Part shown: positions 18,400-27,158 of the stretch, piece by piece | Layout of the letters: every line of letters begins with the position of its first letter | Numbering within the stretch: the first letter of the stretch is position 1 | Virus record (IMG/VR): IMGVR_UViG_3300044513_001732 | Span: 1 to 31,508 of that record | Length of the DNA: 31,508 bases | Source of the DNA: a virus | Lineage: Duplodnaviria > Caudoviricetes | Reading direction: 5' to 3' (one strand) | Program-made: the position numbers and the translations under genes | The notes under the pieces: model-generated | Databases searched by the model: none | Told to the model about the DNA's origin: nothing | What the model saw: only the letters and a program-made list of their open reading frames with translations

Positions 18400-18512
18400 A
18401 GCGGCGGCTAATCCTACCACGATACAAAAAGTATCCTAAACCCCATAGTACACACATAACACTATATACCCATATACCGGTATACACAACACCCACACAC
18501 CCAACCTACCCC

Positions 18513-18541
18513 TTGACAAAACTGTAAACAAACAGTAACAT
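18513..18541 (+). promoter_or_regulatory. sigma70-type promoter upstream of whiB
   Basis: TTGACA-17-TAACAT. Confidence 0.65.
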
Positions 18542-18604
18542 ACCCCTAAAGGGGCCTACTAGTAACTATCAAAACACACATTTACACTAGAAGGACCCTC
18601 CACA

Positions 18605-19006
18605 ATGGAACCAAACACAAACCCACTCCAAAACATAACCAAAAACATCCGAACACCTATACAACAACACGAACCACCAAAACCCCCCAAAACACCCCAA
18701 AATACACCACCAGAAACCACCCAATATCACTGGTCTCAGGATGCTTTATGTAGGGGTAAGACTGGTAAGATGTTCCCTCGGGAGCATAAGGATTTGTCGT
18801 ATATTAGTGAGGCTCGTCGTTTGTGTAGGCAGTGTCCTGTGCGTAAGGAGTGTTTGGATTATGCGTTGTCGTTTCCTGCTTCGGATCAGCATGGTGTGTG
18901 GGCTGGGTTGACTCCTAGGCAGTTGGATGCTGAGGCTAAGCGTAGGGGTGTGCGTGCGGAGAAGTTTACTTTGGCTCAGATTTGGTCGCAGTTGAATCGT
19001 AGTTGA
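18605..19006 (+). CDS. whiB: WhiB-family Fe-S transcriptional regulator
   Basis: W..DALC, CRQCPVRKECLDYAL, GVWAGLT. Confidence 0.95.
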   Translation: MEPNTNPLQNITKNIRTPIQQHEPPKPPKTPQNTPPETTQYHWSQDALCRGKTGKMFPREHKDLSYISEARRLCRQCPVRKECLDYALSFPASDQHGVWAGLTPRQLDAEAKRRGVRAEKFTLAQIWSQLNRS

Positions 19007-19051
19007 GTGTCTGTGTATATCGTTGTGCTATCATAGTGGTGGAGGCGTGGT

Positions 19052-19672
19052 ATGGATTCTAATAAACTTTCTAAGGAGTTTTTGGCTGAGCGGGATTCTC
19101 GTATTTTTGGGTTGAAGAAGTCTGGGTTGTCTAATCAGGATATTGCTAAGCGGTTTAATATGACGGCTGCTGCGGTGGCTGCTGCTACTCGGCGTCAGTT
19201 GGGTAGGTTGAATTCTGAGGCTTGGTTGTCGTATCCTGAGGTGTTGCGTTTGGAGTTGGAGCGTTTGGATGAGTTGCAGAAGTCGTTGTGGCCTTTGACT
19301 CAGTTTAGGCGTGAGGTGTTGGATGATGGTTCTGAGGTTATGTTGGAGCCTGATCAGAAGGCTGTGTCTACTGTGTTGGGTATTATGGATAGGCGTGCTA
19401 AGTTGTTGGGTATGAATGTGGAGCGTACTGAGGTTGCGATTTCTGGTTTGGAGGGGCGTGAGGTTGTTGATGTTACGTCGTCTTTGGTTGGGGGTCGTGA
19501 GGTGGTTGTTGATAGGGGTGATGCTCGTGGGGAGTCTTTGGCTTTGTTGGAGTTGATGGCTTCGTCGGGTGTGTTGGATGCGGGTGTTGTGAATAATATT
19601 TTGGATAGTGTTGGTGGTTCCGAGGTTGTTGAGGCTGAGGTTATTGATGAAAGTGAGGACAGAGATGTCTAG
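19052..19672 (+). CDS. HTH protein, probable terminase small subunit
   Basis: N-terminal HTH (GLSNQDIAKRF), LELERLDELQ..LW, AV..VL.IMDRRAKLLG as recalled for actinophage TerS-like proteins. Confidence 0.6.
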   Translation: MDSNKLSKEFLAERDSRIFGLKKSGLSNQDIAKRFNMTAAAVAAATRRQLGRLNSEAWLSYPEVLRLELERLDELQKSLWPLTQFRREVLDDGSEVMLEPDQKAVSTVLGIMDRRAKLLGMNVERTEVAISGLEGREVVDVTSSLVGGREVVVDRGDARGESLALLELMASSGVLDAGVVNNILDSVGGSEVVEAEVIDESEDRDV

Positions 19673-19994
19673 TGATTATTTTAAACAAACTTTTTTGTCG
19701 GATGAGGTGAAGAAGTCTAAGGCTGCTGAGGCTGTTGATTCGGCTCTTGCTGATGATTCTGTTGAGGTTGCGGATGAGGTGCGTGATAAGCAGGTGCTTA
19801 TTCGTGTTTCTGAGTCGCAGCGGGAACAGTGGCAGAATGCTGCGGAGGCTGATGGTTTGTCTGTTTCTGAGTGGCTTCGGCAGATGGCGGATAACAGGTG
19901 GCGTGAGATTTTCACCTGTACTCACCCTTTGGAGAAGCGGCAGTCGTATCCTTGGTCTGAGTTCTGTTTGGATTGCGGTACGAAGATTCGTTAG
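19665..19994 (+). CDS. ribbon-helix-helix-like DNA-binding protein with C-terminal Zn site
   Basis: QVLIRVSESQREQWQNAAEADGLSVSEWLR; CTH...CLDC. Confidence 0.7.
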   Translation: MSSDYFKQTFLSDEVKKSKAAEAVDSALADDSVEVADEVRDKQVLIRVSESQREQWQNAAEADGLSVSEWLRQMADNRWREIFTCTHPLEKRQSYPWSEFCLDCGTKIR

Positions 19995-20009
19995 GGACGC
20001 CATAGGAAC

Positions 20010-20125
20010 ACCATTGGGGGTTCATTTATTGGGTGGGCTAGCCCCGGCTTCGGTTGGGGGTTGGTGCGTCCCGGCTGGTTTGGCGGTGTGGACCAGCGGG
20101 GGCGGGGCTGGTTGACCCTCTAGTG
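20010..20125 (+). ncRNA. candidate structured RNA (two stable hairpins)
   Basis: C(UUCG)G-capped hairpin about 20037-20065; second hairpin CGTCCC-GCTGGTTT/GGACCAGC-GGGGGCG 20067-20104. Confidence 0.35.
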
Positions 20126-20142
20126 TGTTTCTGGGTAAATGG

Positions 20143-20179
20143 GAAAGGGACCCCGGCTTTGCTGCTAGGGTCCCTTTTC
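20143..20179. terminator. probable bidirectional intrinsic terminator
   Basis: GAAAGGGACCC...GGGTCCCTTTTC between convergent units. Confidence 0.8.
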
Positions 20180-20204
20180 TTTGTTTTATTTTGTTGTTTT
20201 TGTT

Positions 20205-20348
20205 TTACCGCCAGTGGGAGGCAGACTTGAGGATTTCTCGTTCCGTCTCGTCTGTCCATTGCCGTCTGTCTTGCGGCACCCAGACTCCGTTGTAGTAGTA
20301 CTCTTTGCGGTGGCGTCGTTGTGCTACGAGTTGTTTAAGTTTAGTCAT
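20205..20348 (-). CDS. 47-aa hypothetical protein (not in ORF track)
   Basis: SD AAGGAGGTGA; promoter TTGCTA-17-TATACT at 20407-20379; MTKLKQLVAQRR...SHWR*. Confidence 0.65.
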   Translation of the reverse strand: MTKLKQLVAQRRHRKEYYYNGVWVPQDRRQWTDETEREILKSASHWR

Positions 20349-20438
20349 TTGTGTGTTTCACCTCCTTAGTACACTGTTAGTATAACTAGGGGCTGTTTGG
20401 ATAGCAACCCGGTTGTTAGTGAAAGCGGTCACAAAGTT

Positions 20439-20517
20439 TGGTACGGGAGTCGGGAATTGAACCCGAGACCACCATTTTATAAGAATGGTTGCAGCAACCA
20501 GCGCCGCACCCTCCCGC
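20439..20517 (-). tRNA. tRNA-Ile(UAU), atypical D-arm
   Basis: GCGGGAG/CTCCCGT acceptor, A73, CCA; CCATT-CTTATAA-AATGG; TCGGG-TTCAATT-CCCGA. Confidence 0.8.
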
Positions 20518-20564
20518 TAGGTACACCATTGGATGTTTATTGAGGAAGATGGTATTATATAAAT

Positions 20565-20789
20565 ATGAGTGATGTGTTTGATATCAACGGGCCGGGGCGT
20601 CCACCGAAGAGAGCAGATTTATCTGTTGCTTCCGTGGGCATGTCGTTCAAAGTTGATCCCCGTTTAAAGAATTTGCTTTTAGATATTGCTGATGGGTATG
20701 GCATTTCTATGACTGAGTTGCTGTTGATGATGGCGATGAAGGAAGCAGGTGTTGAGCAGTTGGAAGATTTGGATGAGCGATCCGAATAA
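20565..20789 (+). CDS. RHH/CopG-like DNA-binding protein (leaderless)
   Basis: GPGRPPK, MSFKVDPRLK..A..YGISMTELL; TATTAT 6 nt before ATG. Confidence 0.7.
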   Translation: MSDVFDINGPGRPPKRADLSVASVGMSFKVDPRLKNLLLDIADGYGISMTELLLMMAMKEAGVEQLEDLDERSE

Positions 20790-21108
20790 GCAAGTGTCGA
20801 TTCATATTTCGATGCCTGCTTGGGTGAAAGAGTTGGTTGCTGAGGCGGCGGAAGAAGAGGGTATGTCGGTGTCACAGTACTGTGCTCACGTTCTCGCTAT
20901 GCGTGCTAGGGACACCATTGGCATTCCTAACCCTCCGCCCGCTGTCGTTCCAATCCCGACGGTCTCTGATGTGTTGCGTACATACGTTGATGGCAGCAAG
21001 ATGATCGGGCCGTGCGGCGAGCCGTGGCCCTGCGAGTACCGTGAGGAGAGCAGTAAGTTCATCGGGGACGCTGAGTTCTGTGGGGCGTGTAACGTTAGGG
21101 TCCATTAG
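20773..21108 (+). CDS. RHH-like DNA-binding protein with C-terminal Cys4 site
   Basis: VSIHISMPAWVKELVAEAAEEEGMSVSQY; C..PWPC...CGAC. Confidence 0.7.
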   Translation: MSDPNKQVSIHISMPAWVKELVAEAAEEEGMSVSQYCAHVLAMRARDTIGIPNPPPAVVPIPTVSDVLRTYVDGSKMIGPCGEPWPCEYREESSKFIGDAEFCGACNVRVH

Positions 21109-21338
21109 AATGGCTCCACTGCTGTAGCGTCGCAGCCGTCTGGGAGTTCAAGCAGCCTGATGATGCCGAACGTTCCGCCGTAGGACTGTTCCATTATCAG
21201 TTCCATTTGTTTAAAGGTTCCCATTGAGAGCACGAAGTTGTCTTCCATGTCTACTAGACAGAAGTCGTCAGGGATCAGCCATGCTTTGATCTGGTAGTAG
21301 TAGTGCATCAGTAGGTTGTAGGTCATGTATTTAGCCAT
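21105..21338 (-). CDS. hypothetical protein
   Basis: AAGGAG SD before ATG 21338. Confidence 0.55.
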   Translation of the reverse strand: MAKYMTYNLLMHYYYQIKAWLIPDDFCLVDMEDNFVLSMGTFKQMELIMEQSYGGTFGIIRLLELPDGCDATAVEPF

Positions 21339-21679
21339 TCGTCCATCTCCTTTTGTCCGTGGTTTTCCTGCTCGTATAGTTCCACGAACATTTCTACCTT
21401 GTCGGCGTTGCGAAAGATGAGAGTTAGGTCGTGGTATTTCTTGTTGCCGGGGTTCCGCCCGTTGTGCCAGTCGGATAAGGAACAGCCGATGATTGCTTTG
21501 CGACATGTGTCTGCACCGTATGCTTTGATTGCTGCTGAGAGTTTCTTGCTTCGTGCGTCGTCTAATACTGTTGTTGATCGCTTGCCGAATGTTTCTTTCC
21601 AGAAGTCGAAGAGTTCTTGGATGCTGTCCGTAGGGACACCATTGACTTCTTTATGACCGAATAAGTTGAGGTCTTCCAC
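21323..21679 (-). CDS. protein resembling the C-terminal domain of phage replication initiators
   Basis: FDFWK...KAIIGCSLSDWHNGRN..KKYHDLTLIFRNADKVE; AAGGAGG SD before GTG. Confidence 0.55.
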   Translation of the reverse strand: MEDLNLFGHKEVNGVPTDSIQELFDFWKETFGKRSTTVLDDARSKKLSAAIKAYGADTCRKAIIGCSLSDWHNGRNPGNKKYHDLTLIFRNADKVEMFVELYEQENHGQKEMDEWLNT

Positions 21680-21759
21680 TGTTCCTCCTTTCAAACTGTA
21701 ATTGTTGAGTTAATATATTCATTGAACGGTTTTCGTCGGGGTTAGCCGTTCAGAACGAC

Positions 21760-21799
21760 GGAAGGGCCGGGGGATGAGAGGATTTCCCCCGGCCTTTCC
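21760..21799 (-). terminator. terminator-like hairpin after VWA gene
   Basis: GGAAGGGCCGGGGGA / TCCCCCGGCCTTTCC. Confidence 0.7.
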
Positions 21800-21814
21800 T
21801 GATTATGAGAGGCA

Positions 21815-23407
21815 TCAAGCCGTCTGCCCAATCAACTCCTTCCAACGAGGCAGGATATTAGGCTTGTATGCGTTGCCCCTCTTGAGTCCGTTCAGGTATT
21901 CGATTGCTCCCTGCGGAGAGAATTCCATGTGGACCCTGTTCTTCTGCGCAAACTTGGCGCATTCGATTTCGTCAAACTGGCCTGCGCCCCGTGGGCGGTA
22001 GACCATGCCGTCGGTGACCCAAACGACTGGAGCCTTGGCGTTCTGCCGTTGCTTCACTGCGTACTGGATGGCTGGCATGTCGTTGCCGTTGCCGCCGCCC
22101 ATCTTGGGAAGTTCGTCACAGATTTTGCCCTTCTCACCGAGAATGTAGCAGTTTGGCTCGTAACTCCTCCAGTGCGCCGAGTAGGCAAGTACTGTGCATC
22201 CGGGAGCGGCCACCATGAGTTCACGGACATCCTCTTTGGAGAGTGACATGGAGCCTGAGCAGTCGATTAGAATCACACCGCCGCTGGCCTTCACATACTT
22301 GTCGAAGATGCGCTTCTCAGGGTCTGTGATGAGCCTGTGCATACGGCGAGGGTTGCGCCCCATGTTGGTGGCAACACGCTTACGTCCGATGGCACCGGGA
22401 ACGGTGATGCTCATAGGCATACGCTTCACGTTGAGTTCTAGCCAGTCACCTACACCTTGGTGTCCGATGCGTCCGTTTAGAATCTCTTTGGCTCGCTTCT
22501 GAAGGTCCTTGCGATTAATTGTCTTATCTTTCTTCTCCTGAAGGTCCTCCGGCTCTTCGTCGTCTCCGAGTTTGGCGGCACCTCCGGGGCCGTTGCCCGA
22601 AGCCTCAGCGTCATCTGAGTCCTCGGTGTCGTCGGCCTCGTCGGCCTCGTCTGCATCGGCGTCATCTTCTGCCACGTCATCCTGTTCCTGAACCTGTGTG
22701 GGTGCAGGTAGGGCCGCAATGGACTCTAGAAGCATGGCCAGTTCGATGGTGAAGTTCATACCCACGATGGTCTGCGAGTTATGGTTCGGAGCAGTGTTGC
22801 CGTAAACAGACAGTGCATGACTCTGGTCGGTGTTGTTGACTCCGTACAAGCGTCGCTTGATTTCACGGATTTGCTTGTTTTGGAATGCGACGATTTCCTT
22901 GGCGATGTTGCGCAAAGAGTCGGCCCACACTGGGTCAATACGTCGGATACCTACCAGCAGTGGGTTAAGACTGCCCGTGTGGACTGCCGCCGCTACTGCG
23001 AACACTGCCGCTTCCCAAGCGCCCTGAGTGGCCAGCATCTCACCGTCAAACTTCTCTGAACCGGTCTCCATGGCCTTCATAGGGAAGCCTAGTTGTGAGG
23101 CAATGTAGTTAACACGTGCTTCCTCTGCCGCACGGATAGCCTGTTCGCCTGTCACCTCGTTGATGTAGTCGTTCAGGTCCTGCGGAGAAACTTTAACGTG
23201 AATTTGTTCGTGTGCCCGGATTGCCTTGGCAAGTTGCGAGTCGTCAAGTGGGACCCGCATGATGCGCCCACCTACAGTGATGTAGGGTTCGCCTCGCACC
23301 GCACGAACATTACCCACATCCCATCCGCCTGTGTTGCGGATATCCTTGCGGGTAAACAGTTCAGGCATCGGCCTGTTTCTGTTGTGTACTTCGTCAATAA
23401 TCGTCAT
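21815..23407 (-). CDS. VWA-domain protein with N-terminal HExxH metallopeptidase-like domain (CobT-like architecture)
   Basis: AHEQIH..EEARVN, acidic linker, MIDAS DCSGSM, GGGN, VWVTDG. Confidence 0.85.
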   Translation of the reverse strand: MTIIDEVHNRNRPMPELFTRKDIRNTGGWDVGNVRAVRGEPYITVGGRIMRVPLDDSQLAKAIRAHEQIHVKVSPQDLNDYINEVTGEQAIRAAEEARVNYIASQLGFPMKAMETGSEKFDGEMLATQGAWEAAVFAVAAAVHTGSLNPLLVGIRRIDPVWADSLRNIAKEIVAFQNKQIREIKRRLYGVNNTDQSHALSVYGNTAPNHNSQTIVGMNFTIELAMLLESIAALPAPTQVQEQDDVAEDDADADEADEADDTEDSDDAEASGNGPGGAAKLGDDEEPEDLQEKKDKTINRKDLQKRAKEILNGRIGHQGVGDWLELNVKRMPMSITVPGAIGRKRVATNMGRNPRRMHRLITDPEKRIFDKYVKASGGVILIDCSGSMSLSKEDVRELMVAAPGCTVLAYSAHWRSYEPNCYILGEKGKICDELPKMGGGNGNDMPAIQYAVKQRQNAKAPVVWVTDGMVYRPRGAGQFDEIECAKFAQKNRVHMEFSPQGAIEYLNGLKRGNAYKPNILPRWKELIGQTA

Positions 23408-23562
23408 ATCAATCTCCTCTCTAGATGATGACATCATTTTAGCATAGATGGTTGGTTGCTGTCAAATCGAAAGCGAGGGGAGGGAGGCCAACCAATCCTC
23501 CCTCCCCTCTGTGTGGGTGAGGGAGCAGCACCACTCTGCTCAACCTCACCGGACTGGCACGG

Positions 23563-24282
23563 TCAGTCAGCCATCTGGAAGCGGTCAATCTTGATGGCTT
23601 CCAAGAAAGCGTCGGCACGTGGTCCGAGAATAAGTTGTGCAGCCTTTTCCTCGCCCATCTGGTTAGACAGTTTGTGCATGGATTGGAACAGACGGAGCGA
23701 CATACGCTCGGTGCCTGCGTCGGCCATACGGTCTGCGTAGTTCCTCCAGTGTGGAGGCAACGTCAGAAGAGCGTCAGGGTGCGGACGGTCGATTCGGATG
23801 CGAACTGGGAACCGGTCAGTAAGAGCCTCTGGGAGTTCTCCCACCTGTTCCACGTTGGTCGTCATGATGACCGTGTAGCCCGGAGAAGGGTATGTCTTTT
23901 CGCCGGTAACGGGATGCTCCCACTCGGCAGACTCCGAAGAGTCCGTCATGTTGAGAAGGGTAGCGAACACGTCGCCACCTGCCTTGTCAATCTCGTCAAT
24001 AACGAGTCGGCCACCTGAACGACGTGCCTTAATGGCCGCACCTTCAATGTAGTCGAAGCCGCTCCCGCTAGGGAGAAAGCCGCCGATGACTTCCATGTTG
24101 GTCATGTCGTCGGTGCAGGTGAGTCGGTGTGATTCCTGTCCGGGCCGCTTGTTCACGTGCAGTGACGTGAAGGTCTTACCGGTTCCGGGTGGGCCGTAGA
24201 GTACGATTCGGTCTACGCCTGCGGCTAGGACCTGATTGAAGGTGTCCCAGCAGTTTGTTTCGGTTTGGGTTGCGGTTGTCAT
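23563..24282 (-). CDS. MoxR/CbbQ-type AAA+ ATPase (CobS-like)
   Basis: Walker A GPPGTGKT, Walker B LVIDEID, MTTN, ALTDRF. Confidence 0.9.
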   Translation of the reverse strand: MTTATQTETNCWDTFNQVLAAGVDRIVLYGPPGTGKTFTSLHVNKRPGQESHRLTCTDDMTNMEVIGGFLPSGSGFDYIEGAAIKARRSGGRLVIDEIDKAGGDVFATLLNMTDSSESAEWEHPVTGEKTYPSPGYTVIMTTNVEQVGELPEALTDRFPVRIRIDRPHPDALLTLPPHWRNYADRMADAGTERMSLRLFQSMHKLSNQMGEEKAAQLILGPRADAFLEAIKIDRFQMAD

Positions 24283-24334
24283 GGTTGGTTCCCTTTCGGT
24301 AGTGGTTGATTACGTTCGTAAGTTTAGCAGATGG

Positions 24335-24730
24335 TCAGACGCTTGTCAAGTTCAAAGCGGCATTTAGATTGACCCAATCTCGCCAAGGCATGTGATGGGT
24401 CATGTTTTCATCAATATCCATGAAGCCGACGATAGGCTCCTTGCCCCATCCGGTCCAGACGATGCTAGGGCTGTCATGGCTGATGTCAAAGGGTCGGCAG
24501 TCGTCACCGATGATGATGCCGTAGCCAGTGCTACCGCCTTCCAGTTCGGTGAGAGTGTCGAAAATGATGCGGGCACAGTAGGCGTCGTCGGTGATTCGAC
24601 CTTCGCTGTCTGCTCGCTGTAGGGCATCGGATACGACGGTGTTCACTTCACTGCCTCGCCAGTGGGTGTAGAAGTGGATGGCGGTGTCGCTTCCTTCTTG
24701 CTTGATTCGGATGGTTGCTCTGTCTCCCAT
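24335..24730 (-). CDS. hypothetical phage protein
   Basis: AAGGAGG SD; MGDRA..IHFYTHWRG. Confidence 0.8.
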   Translation of the reverse strand: MGDRATIRIKQEGSDTAIHFYTHWRGSEVNTVVSDALQRADSEGRITDDAYCARIIFDTLTELEGGSTGYGIIIGDDCRPFDISHDSPSIVWTGWGKEPIVGFMDIDENMTHHMPWRDWVNLNAALNLTSV

Positions 24731-24840
24731 GATGGGCCTCCTTGTGGTTGTTGGGTTGGTGTTCCACATTATAGTGCATGTGGATGTGGGCTGTCAAGTA
24801 TTTCTTTTGATGCGTGCGCTAGGGACACCATAGAGGTGTA

Positions 24841-25146
24841 TTAGAAGTCATCAGTCAGACTCAACTGGCCCTCTAACTCTTGGTTAAAGTTTTCGCTGAT
24901 GTAAGACCGGATAGCGTCTGCTTCTGAGTTAACTCGGTCCCAGCGCATCCAATCAATCCACTCATCGAAGGTCATGCCGACAGTACTAACGACTTCGCCA
25001 ATCTCTCCTACGTAGTGGTCCATGATGATCCCCTCTTGGGTAATGGTGACGTTGAGCGTTACTCCGTCACCTAGGTCAATGTCTCCTCGCCATAAGTCAC
25101 CGTGGCCAGTGTGAACGTTTAGGTAAACCTTCTCAGTCAGCATCAC
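24841..25146 (-). CDS. hypothetical protein
   Basis: Overlaps upstream gene by 4 nt. Confidence 0.7.
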   Translation of the reverse strand: MMLTEKVYLNVHTGHGDLWRGDIDLGDGVTLNVTITQEGIIMDHYVGEIGEVVSTVGMTFDEWIDWMRWDRVNSEADAIRSYISENFNQELEGQLSLTDDF

Positions 25147-25481
25147 ACACCCACCGTCTGATAGGCGAGGCGATCATCTACGGAGTGGATACCGGTAACC
25201 CACCACTCACGGTCGGCGTTGAGTTCGGCCCACTGTGCGGCGTCATCCCATGACAGGAAAGGTCCGACAATACGAATGCCGTCGAACACGTTACCCACGA
25301 CTACGACGTGAAGATTATCTAGAGTGTCGTTATTGAACACTGCCGTTTCGACCAGTTCGTGATCTTCAGGCCAGATAGCGGTATCGTCTGTGTTGACTAG
25401 AACACACTCGTCGGCCTTCAGGATAGTTCCCGTGCCTCCGTGAACGATGAATGTGGTTTGATCTGCGGGATAGACTTTCAT
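25143..25481 (-). CDS. hypothetical protein
   Basis: AAGGAG SD, own promoter. Confidence 0.75.
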   Translation of the reverse strand: MKVYPADQTTFIVHGGTGTILKADECVLVNTDDTAIWPEDHELVETAVFNNDTLDNLHVVVVGNVFDGIRIVGPFLSWDDAAQWAELNADREWWVTGIHSVDDRLAYQTVGV

Positions 25482-25545
25482 GTTTACTCCTTTGGTTAGT
25501 TGGTTGAGATGAGCAGTTTATCATCATGCTCAGGATGGTGTCAAA

Positions 25546-26445
25546 TCAGACGGCGGCGAGAAGCATCTCACGTGCCGTCAGGGTCAGGGTCTGAGCATCC
25601 TGAGGGTCGGTGACGACCTTGGTCTGCTTCATTTCCTGAGCCTTACCCTTGGTACCGAGGTGGTACTCGTAAGACTGCACTGCTTGGTAGAGGCTGAAGG
25701 CGTTCTCACCGAACTTCTCCACTTCCTCGCCGTAGAAGTACATGATGCCGTCACGGCGCTTCTCAGCGAAGTTTACAGCCTTCTGGTTGGCATCGGGGTC
25801 GGTGATGAGAGGTGCTACCTCGTCCAGAATCCGGTTGCGGAGACTGTTGGTCATCTGAAGCCCCTTCAGCATTGTGGCGTTAGTGATAAATGCTTGGAAG
25901 CGATTCGCCGCCTCTGCCATAATCTGAGCCTTGCTGAACAGCATCTCGTCGTGGTTCTTTGACCGCTTCTGAGACATCTGGAGTTCGCCCAGACCTTCCT
26001 GATTGGTGCAGAAGGGTCGGAAGGTGAATCCGATGGCACGAGTGCTGAACGTGCTGTTCATGCTTGCCGTGTACATGATTGAACGGGTGAGGCTGTCACC
26101 GTCAGCAAACGTGTAAGGCTCGTCAATGTCCTGAGTGAACACGAGGATGGAACCGTGGTGCCACGTTTTCATGCCAGTGACTGACTCGGGAAACATCGCC
26201 TCAGCAGTGTTCAGAATCGACTCGTATGAGCCGCTGTAGTAGTTGGCACCAGCGCCAGCCTTCAGCACAGCCTGAGTACCGTCTGCGTACTCACGGTAGA
26301 TGGTGAAGGTGTCCTTATCTTCCGTCTTGTTAGGAAGGATGGTGCCTACCTTCTTGGGTGTGAACAGTGCGTTGTTGTCCAGAGCCGCATCCATTGCGGA
26401 GACTCCGTTCTCGTACTGCTTGTTGGTGGAGAGCATGTAGCCCAT
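25546..26445 (-). CDS. DUF932/DUF945-family protein
   Basis: TFRPFCTNQ, AFSLYQAVQSYEYH resemble DUF932 motifs. Confidence 0.65.
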   Translation of the reverse strand: MGYMLSTNKQYENGVSAMDAALDNNALFTPKKVGTILPNKTEDKDTFTIYREYADGTQAVLKAGAGANYYSGSYESILNTAEAMFPESVTGMKTWHHGSILVFTQDIDEPYTFADGDSLTRSIMYTASMNSTFSTRAIGFTFRPFCTNQEGLGELQMSQKRSKNHDEMLFSKAQIMAEAANRFQAFITNATMLKGLQMTNSLRNRILDEVAPLITDPDANQKAVNFAEKRRDGIMYFYGEEVEKFGENAFSLYQAVQSYEYHLGTKGKAQEMKQTKVVTDPQDAQTLTLTAREMLLAAV

Positions 26446-26522
26446 TTTGTGTGACCTCCTTGGTCGGTTGTTGTTACTGATGTAACTTTATCACAGGTTT
26501 CCTACGCCTGTCAAGTTTTGTT

Positions 26523-26879
26523 TCAGATTTCTTCGGAATCTTGGCATTCGCCGTTGCACCAGCGGGTGGACTCGCCACAGTTCCAGCACTCGTCGTCCTC
26601 GTCCTCCTGAGGATCGAAGTCGATGGTGATGCTGACGATACGGTTCCCGCTGTAGGTCGCCGTGACGGGGTAGCAGCCGTCACCGTAGGCGGTGCTAGTG
26701 ACCACTCCGCCAGCGACCTCGCCAGCGCCGTTGTCGCCTAGCGTGATACGGCAGGCGGCATCGTAGTTACCGCCAGTCGGCTCACCGCCGGGGATGAAGT
26801 GGTCGCTCCAGACGTAGCACGGGTCGATGAGCAGAATCTGCCCGCTATCTACTCCGCAGTATCCGATGATTTTTTCCAT
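26523..26879 (-). CDS. DUF4241-like protein with Cys-rich tail
   Basis: GVDSGQILLIDPCY, TAYGDGCYPV; AAGGAGG SD. Confidence 0.65.
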   Translation of the reverse strand: MEKIIGYCGVDSGQILLIDPCYVWSDHFIPGGEPTGGNYDAACRITLGDNGAGEVAGGVVTSTAYGDGCYPVTATYSGNRIVSITIDFDPQEDEDDECWNCGESTRWCNGECQDSEEI

Positions 26880-27158
26880 TGTGGTGACCTCCTTGGTCGG
26901 TGGGTTGTTTCTCAACCTTACCACATCCCTGTGACACCTGTCAAATCGTAGATAAGGTTTGTTGTTGAGGGTGATAACCCTATCAGTATCCACCAGCAAC
27001 CACAACCCCGTAACACAATCGTAACATTTTACAAAAACAACTCTTCACAAAAGCGCCGGATTTTCAGAAAAGTTCGCAGCCGCTGCCGGACAGCCCCGCT
27101 TCGGTGGCAAGGGTAAGCCAGCCCCGCATAGCAGCAAAGCAGCCGGGACGTTCCGACC

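Noticed and set aside
21815-24282. Cobalamin biosynthesis (cobS/cobT)
   Set aside because: No cobN or other cob genes in the window; generic MoxR-VWA architecture
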